A stretch of 22,379 nt of DNA, from the NCBI GenBank assembly GCA_964584035.1, contig CAZOYL010000033.1, positions 1 to 22,379 on the forward strand, given 5' to 3'. The position numbers were made by a program, and so were the translations under genes. The stretch is from an uncultured Gemmatimonadota bacterium (GTDB lineage: Bacteria; SM23-81). This document shows, piece after piece, positions 1-7,037 of this stretch. Positions within the stretch are counted from its first letter, which is position 1, and the number at the start of each line of letters is the position of its first letter. Below the pieces are notes generated by a model. It was not told the origin of the DNA and ran no database searches. It worked only from the letters and a program-made list of their open reading frames with translations.

Positions 1-2
1 GT

Positions 3-254
3 GCTCGCCTGTCCTCGGCCAATCTCCTGGATGTGACCCCCACCGCCCTGACGCTGATGGGACTTCCGGTGGCCGATGATATGTCCGGGCGGCCCTTGCT
101 GGAAGCGCTGACCGAGACCTTTCAGAAAGCCCATCCTTCCCATCGGTGCCAGACTTACGAAGATCGGAAACGGGTCGACGGAGCCGCAGAAGATGGCCAG
201 CCCATGCCGGAGGAGCTGGTCAAGCAGTTAAAGGCATTGGGATATCTGGGTTGA
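3..254 (+). CDS. C-terminal fragment of an alkaline-phosphatase/sulfatase-superfamily protein (5' end outside window)
   Basis: Frame is open from base 3 (ARLSSANLLDVTPTALTLMGLPVADDMSGRPL...). The D-x-T-P-T-x-L-x-L-x-G-L-P-x4-M-x-G motif and the terminal 'LVKQLKALGYLG' match the C-terminus of the next gene and of AlkP-superfamily proteins generally. Confidence 0.8.
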   Translation, partial: ARLSSANLLDVTPTALTLMGLPVADDMSGRPLLEALTETFQKAHPSHRCQTYEDRKRVDGAAEDGQPMPEELVKQLKALGYLG

Positions 255-273
255 TCAAGACGGGGAGTTCAAT

Positions 274-1761
274 GTGGAGACGAAAGAGAAAGTCATCATC
301 CTGGGCTTTGACGGCGCGACCTGGGACCTCATCGATCCGCTTATTGCCAGAGGAGAGTTGCCCAATTTCCGTACGCTGAAGGACCGTGGTGCCTGGGGAG
401 AGGTGGACACCACCTATCTGGGGTCGCCCGTGATCTGGACGGCCATCTTCACGGGCAAGGATCGCGATAAATTCGGGGATCCTTTCTTCGGCATCGATCG
501 GGCCCGGCTTCGAGCCAAAAGAATCTGGGAGATCGCCGCCCAGCGGGGGCTGCGCATTGGTGTATTGCATCCCCTGCTCACCTGGCCACCTTTCGAGACG
601 GACGGGTTCGTAATTCCGGATATCTTTGCCATGGGTCCGGAGACATATCCTGATACCTATGAACATTTCCAAAAACTGTATCTTTCCAGACATGGCGGCA
701 ACCTGATTCAACAGGGTTACTATTTCCTGAGGAGTTTTCTTCTGGCCGGCAGCCTGGATGTGGCTTTCAGCGCGGCACGTTTTCTCGCTTCCACGTTGCT
801 CCGCCCGCATTTCCTGAACACTTTCCGGCGCCGCCTGGAGGTCGTCACCAGACTGGATTTTCAATTGTTCATCAAGTTGTATCGCAGCTATCAGCCGCAA
901 CTCTGCGCCTTTCACCTTCATGCCGTGGACACGGTTTCTCATAAATACTGGCAGTATAAGGATCGGCCCGGGCCCTACGGCGACGTCATCGCGGATTTCT
1001 ACCGCCTGGCGGATCGCTTTCTGGGCCGGGTGATGGGCTTGCTCGACGACCGGACCAGCCTGGTGGTTCTGGCCGACCATGGTTTCCAGGAAATACGGGA
1101 TGAGCGCAACAAGTTCGAGCTCGATCTCCCCGTCCTGAGAAAGCTGCTGTCAGCCGGTCAGGATGTCCGCGCGGTGCGCATCGGCAATGCCTATGTCATC
1201 AACTTGAGTTCCGGAGTCGATCAGGCGGCTGCCTCGCGGATGACCGAGAAGCTGGCCGGCGCCGCCCTGAAAGATGGCGGCGAGCTGTTCGTTCATGTTC
1301 ATAAGATCGATCAAAATATACATTTTCGGCTTACCAAACGAATTTTAGAAAGCGCCGATCCAGCCAGCGAGGAGATCTCTTTCGGGGTCGGCGAGCCGAT
1401 CAGATTCGGACAGCTGTTTCGTCAAAAGGCCTTTGTGGATACGGGCACTCATGCCGCCGGCCGCGGGATATTCGCCGTCTATGGCCGGCCGTTCCGATCC
1501 CGTGTTCATCTCGGCAAGGTCAAGATTTTCGATATCACCCCCACGTTGCTGGCCCTGCTGGGTTTGCCCGTCGCCAGGGATATGGACGGAGAGGTCGACC
1601 GGCGATGGTTCAGCGATCAGGTCTGGCGAGACACGTCGCTCCGCTCGATCGACACCTACGAAGCAGAGACCGCTAAAGAAAGCACCGTCGATGAGGCAGC
1701 CTTCACGGACCAGGAGGTGTCAGACCTGGAAGAGCGTCTCAAGATGCTGGGTTACCTATAA
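274..1761 (+). CDS. Alkaline-phosphatase-superfamily protein (type I phosphodiesterase/nucleotide pyrophosphatase-like), 495 aa
   Basis: GTG start with GGGGAG RBS at 262-267. Motifs: KVIILGFDGATW (metal Asp), GELPNF, SPVIWTAIFTGK (nucleophile region), DTVSH, LADHGF, GTH, DITPTLLALLGLP, terminal LEERLKMLGYL. No signal peptide and no CxPxR sulfatase motif. Confidence 0.85.
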   Translation: METKEKVIILGFDGATWDLIDPLIARGELPNFRTLKDRGAWGEVDTTYLGSPVIWTAIFTGKDRDKFGDPFFGIDRARLRAKRIWEIAAQRGLRIGVLHPLLTWPPFETDGFVIPDIFAMGPETYPDTYEHFQKLYLSRHGGNLIQQGYYFLRSFLLAGSLDVAFSAARFLASTLLRPHFLNTFRRRLEVVTRLDFQLFIKLYRSYQPQLCAFHLHAVDTVSHKYWQYKDRPGPYGDVIADFYRLADRFLGRVMGLLDDRTSLVVLADHGFQEIRDERNKFELDLPVLRKLLSAGQDVRAVRIGNAYVINLSSGVDQAAASRMTEKLAGAALKDGGELFVHVHKIDQNIHFRLTKRILESADPASEEISFGVGEPIRFGQLFRQKAFVDTGTHAAGRGIFAVYGRPFRSRVHLGKVKIFDITPTLLALLGLPVARDMDGEVDRRWFSDQVWRDTSLRSIDTYEAETAKESTVDEAAFTDQEVSDLEERLKMLGYL

Positions 1762-1787
1762 TGGAATGAAAAGCGCGGGAGGCATTC

Positions 1788-2666
1788 ATGAAGGTTTTGG
1801 TAACGGGCGCCAGAGGCATGCTGGGAAGCGACCTCTGCCCCATCTTTGCCCGTCAACATGAGCTCTTGGCTACGGACCTGGAGGAACTGGATGTTCGGGA
1901 TCCCCGGGCGGTTGACGATATCTTCGGGGAATTTCAACCGAAACTGGTTCTCCATCTGGCGGCCCTGACCAACGTGGACGGATGTCAACAGATACGGGAT
2001 GAGACCTTTCTGACCAACACCTTGGGCACAAAAAATATCGCTCTGGCCAGCGCGCGGGCCGGCGCCGCCATGGTTTACATCAGCACCGGTTCGGTATTTG
2101 ATGGCACCAAGAGTGAGCCCTACACCGAGTTCGACCGGCCCAATCCGCAGAGTGAATACAGCAAGGCGAAATATCACGGAGAGCTGATGGTCAGAGAACT
2201 GCTCAGGGAGCATTACATAGTCCGGGCGGGCTGGATGTTCGGAGGCGGCCTTCGGGACAAAAAGTTCGTCGGGAAGATCATCTCTCTGGCCAAGCAGGGA
2301 AATGCTCTGCAGGTGGTGAACGATAAGTTCGGATCACCGACCTATACCAAAGACATGTCCGAGGGGATTCTGAAGCTGGTAGAGACGGGATGGTATGGCA
2401 CCTATCACCTGGCCAACGAGGGGTGCTGCAGCCGCTTCGAGTACGCCTGTAAAGTTCTGGAGCTGGCCGGTATCGAACAGTACCCGGTGAAGCCGGTCGG
2501 CTCGGATGCTTTTCCCATGCTTGCCCCCAGGCCGCGAATGGAGGCCATCCGGGACTACCTGCTCCATTTGCTGCAGCTGCGCTGGATGCGTCCCTGGGAT
2601 GAGGCTTTGGAGGACTACATCCGGCATCATCTTCGTTTGGCCGAAGAGGAGAATGAAGGAGCCTGA
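1788..2666 (+). CDS. rfbD: dTDP-4-dehydrorhamnose reductase (RmlD/RfbD)-family NDP-4-keto-sugar reductase
   Basis: GGGAGG RBS at 1777-1782. Motifs: MKVLVTGARGMLG, HLAALTNVDGC, YISTGSVFDG, PYTEFDRPNP, YSKAK (YxxxK), VVNDKFGSPTY, GTYHLAN, APRP. Exact substrate is not certain. Confidence 0.85.
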   Translation: MKVLVTGARGMLGSDLCPIFARQHELLATDLEELDVRDPRAVDDIFGEFQPKLVLHLAALTNVDGCQQIRDETFLTNTLGTKNIALASARAGAAMVYISTGSVFDGTKSEPYTEFDRPNPQSEYSKAKYHGELMVRELLREHYIVRAGWMFGGGLRDKKFVGKIISLAKQGNALQVVNDKFGSPTYTKDMSEGILKLVETGWYGTYHLANEGCCSRFEYACKVLELAGIEQYPVKPVGSDAFPMLAPRPRMEAIRDYLLHLLQLRWMRPWDEALEDYIRHHLRLAEEENEGA

Positions 2667-2668
2667 AC

Positions 2669-3634
2669 ATGAAGATCCTGGTTACCGGGGGAGCCGGATT
2701 TATCGCCTCCAACGTCGCCGATGGTTTTATCGCTCAAGGGCATCAGGTGGTGGTGGTCGATAACCTGACCACCGGCTATGCACGGAATATTCCGGAAAAG
2801 GCGGCCTTCTACCAGGTGGACATCCGCGAGGCCGACCTGGAGGAGGTCTTCCGGAAAGAACGTCCCGATGTGGTCGATCACCATGCGGCCCAGATCGATG
2901 TTCGCAAATCGGTCGAGGACCCCATGTATGACGCCCGGGTCAATGTCCTCGGTTCTCTGAATGTCATCCAGCAGTGCCTCCGCTACCAGGTCAAGAAGTT
3001 CATCTATGCATCCACCGGCGGCGCCGTCTATGGAGAGCCGGAATTTCTGCCCGCAGATGAACGGCACCCCGTACGTCCGCTGTGTCAGTATGGCATAACC
3101 AAGCACACGGTGGAGCATTATCTGCATCTGTATCGGGAGCATTACGGTTTAGATTATACCGTGCTGAGATATCCCAATGTCTATGGTCCCCGGCAGGATC
3201 CTCTGGGCGAGGCCGGCGTGGTCGCCATTTTTACCGAGGCGCTGATGCACGGACGCCGGCCGACCATATTTGGAGATGGAACCCATACCAGGGATTACGT
3301 CTTCGTCGGGGACATCGTCGCGGCCAATATCCTGGCCGTCCAGCGGGGGTCAGGGATGATCCTCAATCTGGGATGGGGGCGGGAGGTGAGCGTGAATGAC
3401 ATCTTCGATACTCTTAAGGAATATTTGTCCTCCGATGTGCAACCGATTTATGAATCAGAGCGCCTGGGAGAGATCCACCGTATTTGCCTGGATAGCAGCC
3501 GTGCCGGAGAGGCGCTGGGCTGGAAGCCCGAGGTCAGCCTGAAGGAAGGCATCAAAAGAACCGTTCAATACTATCGGGAACATCCGGCCCATATGTCTGA
3601 CGAACGACCCAGAGATCCTATAAAAGGGGACTGA
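2669..3634 (+). CDS. NAD-dependent epimerase/dehydratase, UDP-glucose/GlcNAc 4-epimerase-like extended SDR
   Basis: Motifs: GGAGFIAS, HHAAQIDVRKSVEDP, ASTGGAVYG, YGITK (YxxxK), LRYPNVYGPRQ, GEAGVVAIF, IFGDG.HTRDYVFVGD. Confidence 0.85.
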   Translation: MKILVTGGAGFIASNVADGFIAQGHQVVVVDNLTTGYARNIPEKAAFYQVDIREADLEEVFRKERPDVVDHHAAQIDVRKSVEDPMYDARVNVLGSLNVIQQCLRYQVKKFIYASTGGAVYGEPEFLPADERHPVRPLCQYGITKHTVEHYLHLYREHYGLDYTVLRYPNVYGPRQDPLGEAGVVAIFTEALMHGRRPTIFGDGTHTRDYVFVGDIVAANILAVQRGSGMILNLGWGREVSVNDIFDTLKEYLSSDVQPIYESERLGEIHRICLDSSRAGEALGWKPEVSLKEGIKRTVQYYREHPAHMSDERPRDPIKGD

Positions 3635-3635
3635 A

Positions 3636-4658
3636 ATGGAATTAACCGGCAAACAGATCATGGTCACCGGGGGTGCCGGATTTATCGGATCGACCCTGGT
3701 CAGAGAATTGCTCAAGGAAAAGGCCCGGGTGTTGGTGTACGATAATTTCGTCAGCGGCGACGCGGCCAATTTAGAAGAGGTTGAGGATCAGGTGGACATC
3801 CTGGAGGGGGACATTCTCGATCCTCAGCTGGAAGACATCCTGCGGCAGCATCGGGTGGACTGTGTCTTCAATCTGGCAGCCGAGCCCTACATTCCTCATT
3901 GTTATGACCATCCGCGAAAATTCTTCGAGGTCAACGCGACCGGCGCCATGAACGTCATGCTGGCCTCTCGTCGGGCCGGTGTCTCCCGGGTGCTGCAGTA
4001 TTCCTCTTCGGAAGTCTATGGAACGGCTCAGTATGTTCCCATGGATGAACATCATCCCCTATCGCCGTGCTCGACCTATGCGGTCAGCAAACTGGCCGCC
4101 GATCGGCTGTGTTACAGTCTGCACAAGGAACAGGGGCTGCCCATCATCATTCTGCGGCAATTCAATACCTACGGCCCCCGGGAAACCCATCCCTATATCA
4201 TTCCGGAACTGATCACCCAGCTGTCCACGTCGAACCGTCTCAAGCTGGGCAATGTCAAAGCTCGCCGGGATCTCACCTATGTCGATGATGCCGCCAGGGG
4301 ATCGGTCGACCTGATGAAGTGTGACGCCGCCGTAGGCCAGGTGGTCAATCTGGGGCAGGGGCAGGACTGGTCGGTGGAGGAGCTGGCTTTGGTCATCGGC
4401 CGCTTGATGGGGCACGAATCGGTCGATATGGAGGTGGAGCAGATGAGGCTCCGGCCGATGGACGTGCAGCGCCTCAATGGCAGTTATTTTAAGGCTATGA
4501 TGCTGTTCGGCTATCGCCCCAGGATTTCCCTGGAAGAGGGTTTGCGGCGGACCATCGAGTGGTACCGGCAGAACGACCAGCGTTGGGTTTGGGAATCGAA
4601 GATGGCCACCGAAGATAAGATATGGCAGGACCAGACCGGAGAAGATGGTACTGAGTGA
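3636..4658 (+). CDS. NDP-sugar 4,6-dehydratase-like extended SDR (dTDP-glucose/GDP-mannose 4,6-dehydratase family)
   Basis: Motifs: TGGAGFIGS, NLAAEPYIP, YSSSEVYG (dehydratase-type S-S-E), YAVSK, RQFNTYGPR, LGN...RRDLTYVDD. Starts 1 nt after the previous stop. Confidence 0.8.
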   Translation: MELTGKQIMVTGGAGFIGSTLVRELLKEKARVLVYDNFVSGDAANLEEVEDQVDILEGDILDPQLEDILRQHRVDCVFNLAAEPYIPHCYDHPRKFFEVNATGAMNVMLASRRAGVSRVLQYSSSEVYGTAQYVPMDEHHPLSPCSTYAVSKLAADRLCYSLHKEQGLPIIILRQFNTYGPRETHPYIIPELITQLSTSNRLKLGNVKARRDLTYVDDAARGSVDLMKCDAAVGQVVNLGQGQDWSVEELALVIGRLMGHESVDMEVEQMRLRPMDVQRLNGSYFKAMMLFGYRPRISLEEGLRRTIEWYRQNDQRWVWESKMATEDKIWQDQTGEDGTE

Positions 4659-4739
4659 GAATCCGGCCGAGAGGCCTTTTGTCTCGAGATCGTGGACCCG
4701 AGAAGGAGCATCTTCTCACCCCAGGAGGAGTCTCTGACT

Positions 4740-5936
4740 GTGAGCGCTCTGATCACCTTTGGGCGGAATCGTATGGCCTACACGGCGCTGAGAAGTCTGG
4801 CGGGGCGCGGCATCCGGGTGGTGGTGGGTGATAGCTTCCCATCCTCGATGTGTTTTTATTCCCGTCACCGCGATGGACACTTCGTCTACCCGTCGCCCTA
4901 TCGCCATCCGGAGCGTTTTATCGATAGTCTCATCGACCAGGCCCGCCAAAAGAGCTGCCGGGTGCTTATCCCGATGCACGAAGAAGGCTATGTCATCGCC
5001 CGTTTCCGGGACCGTCTCGAACCGCATTTGAGAGTGCCTCTGGCCGAGGAAGATCAGATCATGACGCTTCACGACAAGGGACGGTTCGCTCGCCTGGCCG
5101 GGGAATTGGATCTCCCCGTTCCGCGAACCTACATGGTCGACCGGCTAGAGGAGATCGACCGGATCGCCGGCGAGATCACTTATCCCGCCGTGGTCAAGCC
5201 GCGCCGGGCGCACGGCGCCTTCGGACTGCGATACGTGCGCGATGCCGAAGAGCTGAGGAAAGTCTTTGGAGAGTTGGTCGATCGATATCATTATGCCAGC
5301 CACGAGCTGCCCATCGTCCAGGAGTTCGTCGGGGGCAGCAAACACTCGGTCTGTATGCTGTTTAACCAAAGCCGGCTGCGAGCCCGGTGTACCTTTCGTT
5401 TTCTTCGGGAATATCCCGTCGAGGGAGGCACGGCGGTGTTGCGCATCAGCACCAGGGAGGAACGCATGGAGACGATCGCCCAACGGGTCCTGGAACATCT
5501 TCACTGGCACGGCATCGCCGAGGCGGAGTTCATTCTCTCGCCGGAACGGGGCCCGGTATTGCTGGAGATCAACCCTCGTTTCTGGGGATCTCTCTATCAG
5601 GGGGTGGCCACCGGGGTGGATTTTCCCTATCTGCTTTACCGCATGGCTCTGGAGGGGGATGTGGAGCCGGTGCTCGATTATCCCACCGGCGTCAAGACCC
5701 GGTGGTTATGGGGCGATTGGCGGGCTCTATGCGATTATGTCCGGCATCCCATCCGTCAGCGAAAGATGCTTCTTGACTATATGAAATTCTATCGTCGGGA
5801 CGTCTCCTATGATGATTTTTACTGGGACGATCCGATGCCCTTCCTGGTGGAGATGGTCTACCCGTTTGTATCTTTTTTCACCAAGGGTACATTCAATCCG
5901 GTGGAAGAGGGCAGCGAGTACGACCGGGAGGAATAG
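4740..5936 (+). CDS. ATP-grasp (carboxylate-amine ligase-like) protein
   Basis: Preferred start is GTG at 4740 behind AGGAGGAG (4723-4730); the ORF track start at 4692 is in the same frame. ATP-grasp motifs: LHDKGRF, YPAVVKP, PIVQEFVGG, GIAEAEF, LLEINPRFWGS. Confidence 0.85.
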   Translation: MSALITFGRNRMAYTALRSLAGRGIRVVVGDSFPSSMCFYSRHRDGHFVYPSPYRHPERFIDSLIDQARQKSCRVLIPMHEEGYVIARFRDRLEPHLRVPLAEEDQIMTLHDKGRFARLAGELDLPVPRTYMVDRLEEIDRIAGEITYPAVVKPRRAHGAFGLRYVRDAEELRKVFGELVDRYHYASHELPIVQEFVGGSKHSVCMLFNQSRLRARCTFRFLREYPVEGGTAVLRISTREERMETIAQRVLEHLHWHGIAEAEFILSPERGPVLLEINPRFWGSLYQGVATGVDFPYLLYRMALEGDVEPVLDYPTGVKTRWLWGDWRALCDYVRHPIRQRKMLLDYMKFYRRDVSYDDFYWDDPMPFLVEMVYPFVSFFTKGTFNPVEEGSEYDREE

Positions 5937-5940
5937 GCAG

Positions 5941-7011
5941 ATGTCTCCAGCCGCCCCGGAAACAAATGTCAACCGAACTCTTCGCCGCGCCGTTAGCATC
6001 GCGGTCCTGGGCGTCGTGACCCTGCTCGTCATCCTGAAACTGTCCGGTTTCAGGGCCTCCTGGGAGAAGTTTCGGACCCTGGAGTATAGATATATAGCTC
6101 TGGCCCTGGCGGTGCATTATTTCGCCTTCTGGCTGCGAGCCGTCCGTTGGAAGGTGCTCCTCAGTGCCCTGGGACAGGTTCTCCGGGTATCCACCCTGTT
6201 CTCCTATATCCTGGTGGGGTGGTTCATCAGCGCCGCCGTTCCGGCCAGAGCCGGAGATGTGGCCCGGGCTTATTTGCTGAAGAACGATCGCGGCATACCC
6301 CTGCGTAAAGGCTTCGGCAGCATCTTCGTGGAGCGGGCCATGGATGGAGCCGTCATTCTAACCTGCTCGCTGTTGTTCAGCTTTTTCATCCTCAGCCTGG
6401 GATTGCCCAAATGGGTATTAACTCTCTATCAGGTGACCTTTTCCATCCTGCTGATGCTGCTCATCTGTTTATACCTCATGCCTCGTCTGGAACATCGCAT
6501 CAGACATCTGTTTACCTCGACCCGGTACCAGCGGCTGTCCATGTTCCTGTTCCGGCTGATCGATCATGTCCGCAATATCGCCAAAAGCCCGGGACGGACC
6601 TTGCTGTCTCTCTTGCTGACCATCATCATCTGGTTCTGTGATGCTTTGGTCACCTATCTGGTTCTGCTGAGCCTGGATTATTCCCTGCCGTTGCCGTGGG
6701 TGGCGTTCATCTCCTTCACGGTCAACCTGGCCGCCACTATTCCCATTACGCCCGGCGCGGTGGGGCAGATCGACGCCGTCCAGTACTCTTTGTTTACCCT
6801 CATCGGCGTGGCCCGCGATATCAGCGGGGTGACCATTCTGATCAGCCGATTCATCTGTTTCTGGTCCTTTTTACTGGTCAGCGGCCTGTTCACTTACGGC
6901 AGCGGCCTGGCCCGGCTGATTCGCACCATGCCGGGACGCAGGAGTCTCATGGGAACATCGCTGGATTCGGCCGGTCAAATGGGTCGTATGAGCTCGGAGA
7001 TTCCAGAATGA
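5941..7011 (+). CDS. Lysylphosphatidylglycerol-synthase TM-domain / UPF0104 flippase-like membrane protein
   Basis: ATG at 5941 lies 4 nt after the previous stop; the ORF track start at 5809 overlaps the upstream gene. Multiple hydrophobic segments. Family motifs: LRAVRWKVLL, PARAGDVARAYLL, VERAMD, PITPGAVG, ISRFICFW. Confidence 0.8.
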   Translation: MSPAAPETNVNRTLRRAVSIAVLGVVTLLVILKLSGFRASWEKFRTLEYRYIALALAVHYFAFWLRAVRWKVLLSALGQVLRVSTLFSYILVGWFISAAVPARAGDVARAYLLKNDRGIPLRKGFGSIFVERAMDGAVILTCSLLFSFFILSLGLPKWVLTLYQVTFSILLMLLICLYLMPRLEHRIRHLFTSTRYQRLSMFLFRLIDHVRNIAKSPGRTLLSLLLTIIIWFCDALVTYLVLLSLDYSLPLPWVAFISFTVNLAATIPITPGAVGQIDAVQYSLFTLIGVARDISGVTILISRFICFWSFLLVSGLFTYGSGLARLIRTMPGRRSLMGTSLDSAGQMGRMSSEIPE

Positions 7012-7037
7012 AGCCGTTGAAGGGAGGCTGTGCTGTT

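Noticed and set aside
274..1761. Calling the AlkP-superfamily genes arylsulfatases
   Set aside because: They lack the C/S-x-P-x-R formylglycine motif, and no maturation enzyme gene is in the window. The radical SAM gene is KamA-type, not anSME/SPASM-type.
4659..4739. Two small hairpins in the gap before the ATP-grasp gene
   Set aside because: Stems of 5-7 bp without U-tracts are expected by chance at this GC content.
6696..7007. Extended 5' end of the 725-aa KamA ORF in the track
   Set aside because: It overlaps the flippase-like gene by over 300 nt in another frame. A good RBS and an ATGA overlap support a start at 7038 or 7008.
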